Origin: Fibrobacteria bacterium
Lineage (GTDB): Bacteria > Fibrobacterota > Fibrobacteria > UBA11236 > JADFYW01
Assembly (NCBI GenBank): GCA_050294405.1
Contig: JBNKOC010000008.1
Location: forward strand, 1 to 64,000
Direction of reading: 5' to 3'
Length of the DNA stretch: 64,000 bases
The position numbers and the translations under genes are program-made. This document shows positions 49,144 through 59,072 of the stretch, in pieces; positions within the stretch are counted from its first letter, which is position 1, and the number at the start of each line of letters is the position of its first letter. Under the pieces are notes generated by a model. It worked only from the letters and a program-made list of their open reading frames with translations. It made no database searches and had not been told where the DNA came from.

Positions 49144-52100
49144 TTGAAAAGAATATTTTGGCTTATTGGCCTATGCATCTTATGTTGGCAATGCAATATA
49201 GAGTTTGAAAACTTGAGCCAGGAAGATAAAGCCTGGTTGATAGATTCGGATAACGATGGAGTAGGGGACAGCCTGCAGTTTTATGCTCCCGATTGTAAGC
49301 TCACATTAGAAGAATGTTTAGCCATTGCAAAAGTAAATCGCGATGAATTTATAATTGAAATAGAAAAAATGAATTCCTACCGTCCCATGTTTTCAGTGGA
49401 CTCCGGAACTCATAACACTCCTTTGTCTTTGGAGTTGTCCACAGAGGTTGAGGGAGCCAGGATTTATTATACCTTAAATGGAGATAGCGCCTCAAAACAA
49501 ACAGATCAATATGTAAGCCCCATATCTATCAATAAAACAACCACAGTAACGGCGGTTGTTTATGACGAAAATGGTGAGCAATTAAGCACGCAAAGTATCT
49601 ATGTATTTACCATAGACCTTGAAGGGAAGGCAATGCCTCCCGAATTTGCTCCTGAGCAAGGCACGTATAATGTTCCCCCCAATATAACCCTGGGTACTTT
49701 AACTTCCGGCGCTGTTATTCGCTACACACTAGACGGGACGGTTCCCACTGAACTTAGCCCGGGGTATTCAGTCCCTATTGAGATAGACAGAACTACCACT
49801 ATACGGGCTAAAACCATAGCCCCCGATTTAGATCCCAGTGAAACCATAACCCGGGAATACAAACTGGAAGTGGCCAAACCCGTTGCGGATGTAGACTCGG
49901 GCACACATACAGAAACACAGTATGTAAGTTTGAGCACAATTTCCCCTATGGCTACAATTCGGTATACAGAAGATGGCTCAGAGCCAGATGCAAACTCAAA
50001 ACAGGCCATAGGCCCTATTGAAATTAGTTCTTCCACTATTTTAAAAGCCAAAGGATTCAGGGCCGGTTGGATATCCAGCCAAACCCTTGTTAACAATTAT
50101 GTGATTCAGGTACAGGGAAGAACCGCTGACCCGGTTATTTTTCCTTTTAATGGTCCATTTTCCAGAGCTGTGGAAGTGGAAATTACCTGCGCTACAGATG
50201 GAGCCACAATTCACTATACATTGGATGGGAGCCAACCAACAAATGAGTCTCCAGTTTATTCAGATAAAATTATGGTAAACGGAAATATGCTAGTGACTGC
50301 CATCGCCTATCATCCCGATTTAGATGAAAGTGGGACTGTCCAGGTTTTGTATTCCTTTAATGTGAAAGAACCTGTAATAACCGGAGAGCCCGGCAATGGA
50401 GGGCAGGAGTATACAATTGATATTTCAACTACCACTGCCGATGCCGAAATATATTATACCATGGATGGCAGTGATCCGGGAATAACATCCGCCAAGTACA
50501 ATGCTCCTTTAAAAATCACTCAATCCACCAACATCAGGGCACGAGCTTATAAAGAAAATTGGCTGCCCAGTGGCATATCCACCGAATCCTTTTTTATTAC
50601 CAGGGAAGGAGCGGTAGCTTCCCCTTTGATTACGCCGGAATTTGCGCGTAAGGAAGGAAGCCAACTCGTAAGCATGAGCGTGGGAACAGACGATGCCCAG
50701 ATATATTATACCACCAATGGCACAGATCCAACACAAAACTCAACTTTGTATGAGGGAGAGTTTATTGTGAACAAGTCCATGCAGATTAAGGCCAAAGCTT
50801 ATGCGGATGGCTTAGATCCAAGTACTTTATCCCTGGCTACTTATTACATTTTAGCTTATGCTCCTGAGATTGAGCCAGGGGGAGGGACTTTCCTGGAGCC
50901 CATTTATGTTAAACTAACTTCACAAACAAAGGGAGCGCGCATTTTTTACACAACAGACGGGCAAGATCCAGATACCACTTCTGCCCTATATGAAGACTCA
51001 ATTCTGGTGAATACCAACATGACTTTAAAGGCTATAGCCGTTTTTGACGGCCTTGAAGTGAGCAATCCCGCTAATGAAACATATGTAATTCAGAATTCGA
51101 AAGTAAGCGCTCCTGTTTTTAGTCCCTTGCCGGGAAGTTTTTTGACCCCTCAAACGCTTTCTCTGGAAACCAATACACAGGGGGCGGAAATTCTATATAC
51201 TGTAGATGGAACGGATCCCACAGATGCAAATGCAAGTCCTCTTGTATACGATTCCACATCTCCTCCTCAAATTTCTTCCAACACCCAGATTAAGGCCGTG
51301 GCTGTTAAAGATAACTGGACCAGCAGTGATGTTGTGGAAGGCAATTTTGAAATTGCAGAACCTGGCACAGCCACGCTTATATCGCCCAATGGAGGGGAAA
51401 AATGGGTGGTAGGCAGCAACCATAACATAAGCTGGGCCACTTCCCAGGGAGTGGATAAAGTGGATTTATCCTATTATTCTGCAAGTACCGGTAATGTTGT
51501 TATAGCTTCCGGTATAGACAATAGCGGCAGTTATAGTTGGACTGTGCCTGCACCCGCTGGAAATGATTTTAGAGTGGTGGTATCTATTCCTTCCCAGGGT
51601 AGCGATACCAGTGATGCGAATTTTGAAATCCTGGCTTTACAGGCGGTAAACCGCTTTGAATGGGCAAATTATGCAAGCTCTTCTGAACTTGCGGAGGGAA
51701 TAAGTCCAGTGATGGACCCGCAAGGAAATACGCTGCTTGCCGGAAGATATAATGGCTCTATTGTGTTTCCTGCGGGCGATGCCGACATTCAATTGAACTC
51801 AGGAAATAACGATCAACTTTTTCTGGCGAAGTTTGATAAAGATGGCAACTGTCTTTGGGCTGTTGATGCGGGAAGTCAATACATTCATGATATTAGCTTA
51901 ACCAGCCAGGGAAATATTATTGTAGCCGGATACCACAGCTCTACATTTTTTGAAGGTTCTTTGGTTCCCGTATATGGAGGTGATGATGGTTTTGTGGCTT
52001 CTTACAGTTCCTCCGGACAACTGGATTGGGTTAGAAAAATGGGTGGGCTAGGGGATGACTATGCTTATGGTTTATCTACTGACCCACAAGGGAATGTATA

Positions 52101-52983
52101 TGTGTGCGGGGTTTTTGATGGAAGCAGCAGTGAGTTAAATTTCGGGGGCAAATTAGTGAGTTCCTTTGGAAATGCGGACATGTTTATAATGAAATACTCT
52201 CCAACAGGCACAGCGCTTTGGGCCAAAACCTTTGGGGGCGAAGAAAATGATTATGCCAACTCCTTAAGTGTGGACGACAATGGTTTGGTTTGGGTTGTAG
52301 GAGCATTTGCAAGCCCCGATGTTGATTTTGATAATATTTCCACATTAGAAGGAAATGGCAACCTGGATGCGTTTATTCTACGGTTAGAATCGAACGGCAA
52401 TGTGAACAGCGCTTTGTCCTTTGGAAATTCAGGGGATGACGAGGCCACTGATATTTCACTGAGCCCTAATAATGAAGTGTTAGTTGCCGGCATTTTTACG
52501 AATTCCGTTGTGTTACCCGGAAATCATTCTCTCAATACCTCCCAGGGGAGTGTTGGAATATTTGGATTAAGCCTTTCTCTTTCAGGGGAAGTGAACTGGA
52601 CCAATTTTGTGAGTTCAACTTCAGATTTATTGTACCCTGTAATTTCGGCAGCTGGAAATGGAATGGCCTACTTGGCTGCAACTGGTAGCGGAAATGCCAA
52701 TTTTAATGGAGACACAACACTTTCCTTAGGCTCACAAGACCTGGGTTTTGTAGCAAAAATATCTAACACTGGGAATTATTTGTGGGTAGAAACAGTTGCG
52801 GGGGCCGAAATTAATGATATTAACGGAGGCCCGAATGGAGAGGCTGTTTTTACAGGCTACTATTCTAACAGGGCTATTAATTTTGGAAACAAGAGCCTGC
52901 CGGAAGCCACAAATAGCAGCTTTATGTTTTTAACAAAGATTGGAAGTTTGGATGTTAGCCCAGGAAACCCAAATGGCCTGTGA
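49144..52983 (+). CDS. Large surface protein: eight chitobiase/Fn3-associated (CHB_HEX_C-like) repeats, an Ig-like domain and an SBBP-type beta-propeller
   Basis: Eight I.YT.(D/N)G..P repeats; SPNGGE.W..G....ISW; D..GNVYV.G.F and D.FI.KY...G..LW repeats. Confidence 0.88.
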   Translation: MKRIFWLIGLCILCWQCNIEFENLSQEDKAWLIDSDNDGVGDSLQFYAPDCKLTLEECLAIAKVNRDEFIIEIEKMNSYRPMFSVDSGTHNTPLSLELSTEVEGARIYYTLNGDSASKQTDQYVSPISINKTTTVTAVVYDENGEQLSTQSIYVFTIDLEGKAMPPEFAPEQGTYNVPPNITLGTLTSGAVIRYTLDGTVPTELSPGYSVPIEIDRTTTIRAKTIAPDLDPSETITREYKLEVAKPVADVDSGTHTETQYVSLSTISPMATIRYTEDGSEPDANSKQAIGPIEISSSTILKAKGFRAGWISSQTLVNNYVIQVQGRTADPVIFPFNGPFSRAVEVEITCATDGATIHYTLDGSQPTNESPVYSDKIMVNGNMLVTAIAYHPDLDESGTVQVLYSFNVKEPVITGEPGNGGQEYTIDISTTTADAEIYYTMDGSDPGITSAKYNAPLKITQSTNIRARAYKENWLPSGISTESFFITREGAVASPLITPEFARKEGSQLVSMSVGTDDAQIYYTTNGTDPTQNSTLYEGEFIVNKSMQIKAKAYADGLDPSTLSLATYYILAYAPEIEPGGGTFLEPIYVKLTSQTKGARIFYTTDGQDPDTTSALYEDSILVNTNMTLKAIAVFDGLEVSNPANETYVIQNSKVSAPVFSPLPGSFLTPQTLSLETNTQGAEILYTVDGTDPTDANASPLVYDSTSPPQISSNTQIKAVAVKDNWTSSDVVEGNFEIAEPGTATLISPNGGEKWVVGSNHNISWATSQGVDKVDLSYYSASTGNVVIASGIDNSGSYSWTVPAPAGNDFRVVVSIPSQGSDTSDANFEILALQAVNRFEWANYASSSELAEGISPVMDPQGNTLLAGRYNGSIVFPAGDADIQLNSGNNDQLFLAKFDKDGNCLWAVDAGSQYIHDISLTSQGNIIVAGYHSSTFFEGSLVPVYGGDDGFVASYSSSGQLDWVRKMGGLGDDYAYGLSTDPQGNVYVCGVFDGSSSELNFGGKLVSSFGNADMFIMKYSPTGTALWAKTFGGEENDYANSLSVDDNGLVWVVGAFASPDVDFDNISTLEGNGNLDAFILRLESNGNVNSALSFGNSGDDEATDISLSPNNEVLVAGIFTNSVVLPGNHSLNTSQGSVGIFGLSLSLSGEVNWTNFVSSTSDLLYPVISAAGNGMAYLAATGSGNANFNGDTTLSLGSQDLGFVAKISNTGNYLWVETVAGAEINDINGGPNGEAVFTGYYSNRAINFGNKSLPEATNSSFMFLTKIGSLDVSPGNPNGL

Positions 52984-53463
52984 TTATAATTGGGTGCCCA
53001 CCGCCGCCAGGACAACAAACAAAGACATTATAAGCCAGTCTGTGGTTTTGGACAAGGGTTCGTAATAACCCTCCAGGCTGCTTTTGGGAAGAAGGATTCG
53101 AATAAGTTTTCCCTCGGCATTTTCGTATACTCTGTTTTCAAGGGTAATATAATCTTTATTCAACTTTACGATTTTCCATCCGGAATTAAGCTGGAAGACT
53201 TCGCCTTGTTGAGATTGGGCTAATAACCTATCTCCAGGAGTTTTGCTGTATTTCTGATGGCCGCGAACCACATCAAATAAAATGTTCTTATTGTTCATTT
53301 TTATTTGAAATGTTTTGTTTTTAAACTTGAGCCCAATGGTTTTTCCAATATCTTTCTTATTTAATTTCTCCAAAGATCGGACAATATTCGAGGCATCATA
53401 TGCCCCATAAGTAAACGTTGCTCCCAAAAAAATGAATAGCAGCCAAAGGCGAGAGTTTCCCAT
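52984..53463 (-). CDS. Hypothetical exported protein with a C-terminal TM anchor
   Basis: GGAGG RBS; signal peptide; hydrophobic C-terminus. Confidence 0.65.
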   Translation of the reverse strand: MGNSRLWLLFIFLGATFTYGAYDASNIVRSLEKLNKKDIGKTIGLKFKNKTFQIKMNNKNILFDVVRGHQKYSKTPGDRLLAQSQQGEVFQLNSGWKIVKLNKDYITLENRVYENAEGKLIRILLPKSSLEGYYEPLSKTTDWLIMSLFVVLAAVGTQL

Positions 53464-53705
53464 CCCTGGACCTCCAAATGTAATCTTGAACGACTCTTTA
53501 ATTATACCCCATAAATTTGAGAGGTTTCAAATTTATTTCCGGGCCTAAGGCAGCCTTCGCCATTTAGTTGCTAAAAAAATGGCTGAATCCGCAGTTTTTT
53601 CCCACAGAAATGCCTAAATAAAATATTTTTTCAGCAAAGTCGGGGAAGATTCGGGTGGGTATTGGATTGAATTTCCTGACAACTAAAAACACAATAGGAG
53701 GAAAA

Positions 53706-54527
53706 ATGCGAGTAAAAAATTTTGCCTTAGCTGCTTTGTTGGCCGCAGGAATGTCGTACGGTGAGGAGCCCTTTTCGGCCACTTTTGATCTCACTTCGGG
53801 AAATGCTTTCACTGCAAATGGCATCACTTGGGTAGACGGCCCTGTTACCATGCCTTCTCTTTCCCTTAATTACGCTAAAGGAATCAATTCTGTGACAGCT
53901 ACTTTATGGTCTGTGGTTAATTTAAACGAAGTTAGAGGTTACGATAACCCTCAACCAGAAAAAGGCAATATTACAGAGTTTGATGTTATTTTGGACTATA
54001 CATACACTGGCCTTAAAATGATAAACCTCAGCGCTGGTTTTATCCATTACAATTTTATCCAATTAGAAGACGATTATTCGTACACCAATGATCTTTATCT
54101 GTCTGGTAGCTTTAACACTTTGCTAAATCCCAAATTAGATATTTTATTTGATTTGGATGAAGGCCAGGACAGCTATCACGGCGGTTTTCACATTGATTTG
54201 GGAATTTCACACGGAGTGCCCATTAATGATAAGCTAAGCCTGGAATCCTTTGCTTCCCTGGGGTGGGCAGATAAAGACTACTACAGAGCCTATTTCAGCA
54301 GCGGAGATCAAAATGAATCCAGCTACGGTATAAAGGATTATAAAGTTGGCATGAGTATGCCCATGAAGGTCCATGAATACCTTTCTATTTCACCAACCAT
54401 TACTTACAATGCCTTGGGAAATTCCAAAGGAGTATTGGGACAAAGTTTTGAATCCCTCCGCACTGCCGGATACGGTGGTTCAGCCGACAAACTGGTGTTT
54501 TCCTTTTCTCTTACTGCAAGCATGTAA
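53706..54527 (+). CDS. Putative outer-membrane beta-barrel (TorF/MipA-like)
   Basis: AGGAGG RBS; signal peptide; EFDVILDYTY, LSAGFIHY and alternating beta-strand pattern. Confidence 0.7.
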   Translation: MRVKNFALAALLAAGMSYGEEPFSATFDLTSGNAFTANGITWVDGPVTMPSLSLNYAKGINSVTATLWSVVNLNEVRGYDNPQPEKGNITEFDVILDYTYTGLKMINLSAGFIHYNFIQLEDDYSYTNDLYLSGSFNTLLNPKLDILFDLDEGQDSYHGGFHIDLGISHGVPINDKLSLESFASLGWADKDYYRAYFSSGDQNESSYGIKDYKVGMSMPMKVHEYLSISPTITYNALGNSKGVLGQSFESLRTAGYGGSADKLVFSFSLTASM

Positions 54528-54542
54528 TTTAATTTTGATTAG

Positions 54543-54573
54543 AAAAAAGCCCCTTGATATAAGGGGCTTTTTT
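54543..54573 (+). terminator. Intrinsic terminator
   Basis: AAAAAAGCCCCTT-GATAT-AAGGGGCTTTTTT. Confidence 0.8.
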
Positions 54574-54584
54574 ATTGGAGAAAC

Positions 54585-55133
54585 ATGAGCCGAGAATCCT
54601 TATTAGAAAGCTTATCAAATTATTCCACTGAGTATCCTGCTGAAAAAGAGCGCTGTGATAGATTTATGGATTTTGTGGAGCAAAACCCCCAATGTTTTTC
54701 CCGCAGCCTTACCATTGGCCATGTAACGGCCTCCTGCTGGCTGCTGAGTCTCGATAGAAAAAAGGTTCTGCTCACTCAGCATAAAAAGCTCAACAAATGG
54801 CTTCAGTTGGGAGGGCATTGTGATGGGGAGTCCAACACAGCTTTGGCCGCCATTAAAGAAGCCAAGGAAGAGAGCGGCATTGAAAAAATTGCATTAATAA
54901 AACCTGATTTTTTTGATATAGACATACATTCCATTCCCGAAAGAAAAGGGGAGCCAGCGCATTTTCACTACGATTTGCGCTATGTTTTGGGCGTGCAAAA
55001 TAGCAATGAATACAGCCTAAGCGATGAGTCCCATAGTTTGCAGTGGGTCGCTTTTGAAGAGTTGGAGAATTACACCCAAGAAGAATCAGTACTTCGCTTA
55101 AACAGGAAGTGGATGGTGCTTAGCCCCCATTAA
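54585..55133 (+). CDS. NUDIX hydrolase
   Basis: GHVTAS..HKKLNKWLQLGGHCDGE..AAIKEAKEESG..DIDIH..HYDLRY. Confidence 0.92.
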   Translation: MSRESLLESLSNYSTEYPAEKERCDRFMDFVEQNPQCFSRSLTIGHVTASCWLLSLDRKKVLLTQHKKLNKWLQLGGHCDGESNTALAAIKEAKEESGIEKIALIKPDFFDIDIHSIPERKGEPAHFHYDLRYVLGVQNSNEYSLSDESHSLQWVAFEELENYTQEESVLRLNRKWMVLSPH

Positions 55134-55168
55134 CTTTAGGCGTGCTATTTTCTTAAATTTAAGAAGGC

Positions 55169-56020
55169 TTATAGTTCTTCGATGGTTTTAATCCAGAAAT
55201 TTAAGTCCTGAATATAATTTTTGGTTGGATCTTCATCCATGAAGCTGAGGCGCTCTTTAATAAGCTCTGAACCGCTAATATCTTGTATTGCTTGTTTATA
55301 TTTAGAGATGTTTTTTTCCAGGTAGTTTTTAAAGTCCTTATTGCTTTTTACCAGTTGGCCATCTTTAAAGGCATAAACATCGTTCCAATATTGATTTATA
55401 CTTCCTAACAACATGTTGCCCTTGCTGGTATCTTCCAATTCGATAAAACTTATGATTTCATAAACGCCATCGCCGTTAATATCCCTGACTTCGGGAAAGC
55501 GAGGCCCCTTGGAAAACTGGAAGAAGGGCATGTATTTTCCATCGCCTTTTTTATAAACAGTTTGTCCGTTGTTTAACTCGTATTCGTAATTTACAATCAC
55601 CTCGGTTTTGCCATCGTTGTCGAGATCCACATAGGCCAAGCCTTTTAAGTCCAAGTTAAAAAATGGGCCCAATGTATCCAGAGCCATCAGCTTAGGGGAA
55701 GATCGAAGCAGGATGAGGTAGCCATCGCCTGGATCATCTTTCCAAATTTTGAAAACATGTATAACAAAAGTGCTGTCGTCGAACTGGATGTGGGGTATGA
55801 CTTTTCCATTGACTTTTTGGGAAGCCCCGGCCCCCATAAATTCGCCATGAAGCACAAAGCCTTTGCTTTTTATTAAGCCTAAAATTTCCTTGGTTAATTT
55901 TTTGCCGTTTAACTCAAGGCTTTTAAACTTTATGGGCTTGGGAACTGCGGTGGTGGAATCGGCGAAGCCAGAAATACCCAATGTTAGGATTGCTAATATT
56001 AAAATTTTAGCCCTGGTCAT
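55169..56020 (-). CDS. Secreted hypothetical protein with FG-GAP/VCBS-like Ca-binding motifs
   Basis: Signal peptide; DLDNDGKTEV and DINGDGVYEI. Confidence 0.65.
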   Translation of the reverse strand: MTRAKILILAILTLGISGFADSTTAVPKPIKFKSLELNGKKLTKEILGLIKSKGFVLHGEFMGAGASQKVNGKVIPHIQFDDSTFVIHVFKIWKDDPGDGYLILLRSSPKLMALDTLGPFFNLDLKGLAYVDLDNDGKTEVIVNYEYELNNGQTVYKKGDGKYMPFFQFSKGPRFPEVRDINGDGVYEIISFIELEDTSKGNMLLGSINQYWNDVYAFKDGQLVKSNKDFKNYLEKNISKYKQAIQDISGSELIKERLSFMDEDPTKNYIQDLNFWIKTIEEL

Positions 56021-56187
56021 AACTTTCACTCCAAACAGTTTTTCCGGTAGGTGCATCTTTGTATTCTTAAGTAAAATAGTTTTTTTTTCAGGAAAAGGGA
56101 TATTTCCAAAAAATCCTCTTTTTTTCTTGTGTTATTTCCAATGGCTAGGCATTTTTGGATGGTAATGAATCCAGGTTCTAACAATTA

Positions 56188-57993
56188 ATGAATCAAATAG
56201 CCGATTTTTATTGGAGTTTTTCGGATGGTGTGTTGGCTCCCTCTCCCAGAATTTCCGATATGGAAACCAGGCCATTTGGTCCCCACGGGTTTTTGTTTAG
56301 TTACCCTTCTCAAAACCATTTCCATAGCCATATTCAAAACGATTTTAGGGCTGTACTCATAGGCAGGTTGTACCGTTATGGCCCCTATAGAGGCAACGAA
56401 AAAAACTTGCTTCCTATTGTAGCCAGAAATTGGCATCGCGGTCAATTTAATCCGGCGGACTTAAATGGGAGCTTTGTTTTATTTTTTATCGAGGATACCG
56501 CAGACGATTACCGCTTGTCTATTATTACTGACAGATTGGGCACCCACCATGCCTATTTTTCTCAGGAGGGCAACTCTCTTTGTTTGGGTACATGTTTTGC
56601 GCAGCTTGCCAGCAGCTTGTTACAGCCCCAATTGGATTGGGAGGGCATTAGCCAATTTTGTACCCTGGGTTATTTCATGGAAAACCGCAGCTATTTCCAG
56701 CAAATCAAAATTATTCCAGCTGCCACAATCTGGTCTGCTGAAATAAAAGGGGCCACTAAAGACAAGCCATACATTTGGATTAAAGAAAAAAGCTATTGGA
56801 ATTGGAAACAACAATCCCGCAGCGGGACCTTTGAAGATGCTGTGGAAGATTACAACCAGGTGTTAACGGAGGTGCTGGAAGACAGGTTTGGGCAGGATTC
56901 CGTACCTTTGGTAATGGGGGTGAGCGGAGGTTTGGATTCCCGGAATTTGCTGGGGCTATGCCGCTATTATAACGGCATTCGTTTGTATACATATGGCTAC
57001 GAAAAAGAGTCCGTGGAAATAGATATATCGCGGCAATTGGCGGATGTTTGTGATCTTCCCATTTCCGAATATGTTATTCATCCCAATCTGGGATTGGGCT
57101 ATTCCAAAGTGCTGGATTATTCCGAAGGTTTTAGCGATATAACCCAGGCCCGGCAAAGCTCTGTTTTATCCCAGTTGGCCAGAACGGCAAACAGGGGCAT
57201 AATCGGGCAATGGGGGGATGTGTGGAACGATTCTCCCGGATTAGATCCCGCTGATTTTAAATCCGATTATGATTATATCAAATACGCCGCCAATAAATAC
57301 AAAAAGAGAGGGGCAGAAAATTTATGGCCGGAATTGGAGCGCTATTGCGATGGAAAGTCCATTGAAGAGATCTTATTTGAAGGGGCCCAGAGAGAACTGG
57401 AAAAAATTCAGGTAGACGATATTAACTTTCGCCTCACGGCATATAAAACCTGGCAATGGTCCTTTCGCAATACCATTGTCGGCGCTAATATATTTAGAAT
57501 GGGTTTTGAGCCCTACCTGCCTTTTTATGACAACCGGATTGTGGATTTTTTTCAAACTCTTCCGCAAACATGGGTGAGAGACAGAAAGCTGCAGTTAGCC
57601 TGGCATGTTAAATATGCTCCAGAACTGGCCAGAGTAAAATGGCAGGAAACGGGTTGCAATTTATTTGTGAGCCGGCAACAGGCCAGGCGTTATACCTTTT
57701 TTAAAAGAGGCTTCAAATACCTACAGCGTAAGGCTGGCCTGGCTGCTGTTACCCAAAGAAATTGGGAAACCCAATTTCAAAATATGGATTTGCTAGCTGA
57801 CTTAAAAGCCAAAAACGAAAACAACCCCTACCATCAGTTTAGCGATTCCTTGCTGGAAAAGCTGGCCTTGCATGTAAAGAGCTTTCCCAGCGCAGAAAAC
57901 GGCTACGCGGCTTCTATTATGTTTTCCGTTTTATCCACTTTGCAGTGGCTGGGAACTAAAAGCCAAACACCCTTATTTTTTAGGCGCGGGTAA
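56188..57993 (+). CDS. Asparagine synthetase-related protein (no N-terminal catalytic Cys)
   Basis: LNGSFV..TDRLG, SGGLDSR PP-loop, PFYDNRIVDF. Confidence 0.8.
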   Translation: MNQIADFYWSFSDGVLAPSPRISDMETRPFGPHGFLFSYPSQNHFHSHIQNDFRAVLIGRLYRYGPYRGNEKNLLPIVARNWHRGQFNPADLNGSFVLFFIEDTADDYRLSIITDRLGTHHAYFSQEGNSLCLGTCFAQLASSLLQPQLDWEGISQFCTLGYFMENRSYFQQIKIIPAATIWSAEIKGATKDKPYIWIKEKSYWNWKQQSRSGTFEDAVEDYNQVLTEVLEDRFGQDSVPLVMGVSGGLDSRNLLGLCRYYNGIRLYTYGYEKESVEIDISRQLADVCDLPISEYVIHPNLGLGYSKVLDYSEGFSDITQARQSSVLSQLARTANRGIIGQWGDVWNDSPGLDPADFKSDYDYIKYAANKYKKRGAENLWPELERYCDGKSIEEILFEGAQRELEKIQVDDINFRLTAYKTWQWSFRNTIVGANIFRMGFEPYLPFYDNRIVDFFQTLPQTWVRDRKLQLAWHVKYAPELARVKWQETGCNLFVSRQQARRYTFFKRGFKYLQRKAGLAAVTQRNWETQFQNMDLLADLKAKNENNPYHQFSDSLLEKLALHVKSFPSAENGYAASIMFSVLSTLQWLGTKSQTPLFFRRG

Positions 57994-59017
57994 AATTTCC
58001 GTTTTTAGATAGCAATATGGCAAAACCCACGGTTTTATCAAAGTGGGACAATATGATTACTAAAATGGCGGTAATGGGAACACATAAGATCATTCCAATG
58101 GGCCCCCAAATGGCCCCCCAGAGCGCCAGAGAAACCAATATAGCAAGAGGGCTTAAATTTAATGTGTTTCCCAGCAATCTGGGATCTAAAATATTCCCAA
58201 TTAAAAACTGAGTCAAGCCCAATCCAAAGGCTAAAATGGCCGTTGGAGTGTAGTTGGTGAATTGCACCAGGGATAGGCTAATGGGGAATAGAGTGGCCAC
58301 GATGCTTCCAATGGTGGGAATGTAATTCAATACAAAGATCATTATGGCCCAGAATTCGGCAAAATCAAGGCCGATGCTTTTCATCCAGATATAGCTGATT
58401 ATGCCGGTAAGCGCGCTAGTAAAGGTTTTAATTCCCAAATATTTCCGAATATCGCTATCGATTCTGAGCAAAAGGTTATCCAACTCTGTTAACGAGTCGG
58501 TTTGAACCAACAGGGATTTTAATTTGGGGTGAAAACTTTTTTGTTCCAGAAAAATAAAAATCAAATAAATGAGCACCATACTCATATTGCCTGTGATATT
58601 GGTGAGGGCTAATGCGAACTGGGAAATTAAATTTCCAAGCTTTAAATTTTTTATCAAGGATTGCATGGCCGGAGGCTCCTGGATGCCAGTAAGAGCAAAG
58701 GCTTTTTCCAGAATTTGATTGATGTTATGCTGGTATTCGGGAGCCAGCTTGGCAATTTGGGCGATGTTCAGTGTGATTAAATGCACTAAAAAATAGGCTA
58801 TACCTAAAATGGAAATAACGGCGAGAATATAACTTAAGATTACCGGTGGCTTTATTTTGAGCTTGGGAGGATTCTGAAAAATATTCGCCAACACATTGAT
58901 GAGGTACCAGGCAAAAAAAGCCAGCAAAAAAGGAATGAGTAATTTTTTTCCTATGTATAAAATCCAAAATATAATGAAAATGATTGCGATGGAATAAAAA
59001 GCCTGTTGGGTTCTCAC
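57980..59017 (-). CDS. AI-2E family transporter
   Basis: Multiple TM helices; FVLNYIPTIGS, GNILDPRLLG..LNLSPL..WGAIWGPIGMILCVP; GTG start after GGAGG. Confidence 0.92.
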   Translation of the reverse strand: MRTQQAFYSIAIIFIIFWILYIGKKLLIPFLLAFFAWYLINVLANIFQNPPKLKIKPPVILSYILAVISILGIAYFLVHLITLNIAQIAKLAPEYQHNINQILEKAFALTGIQEPPAMQSLIKNLKLGNLISQFALALTNITGNMSMVLIYLIFIFLEQKSFHPKLKSLLVQTDSLTELDNLLLRIDSDIRKYLGIKTFTSALTGIISYIWMKSIGLDFAEFWAIMIFVLNYIPTIGSIVATLFPISLSLVQFTNYTPTAILAFGLGLTQFLIGNILDPRLLGNTLNLSPLAILVSLALWGAIWGPIGMILCVPITAILVIILSHFDKTVGFAILLSKNGNFTRA

Positions 59018-59072
59018 TAATGCCTCCTTAGGGCATTAATTTATAAAACTTGAGGCTAATTAGATAGAAGAA

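Noticed and set aside
53520..53600. Possible riboswitch or structured leader ahead of the 53706 barrel gene
   Set aside because: Only a short GCCATTT/AAATGGC stem; no recognisable aptamer consensus
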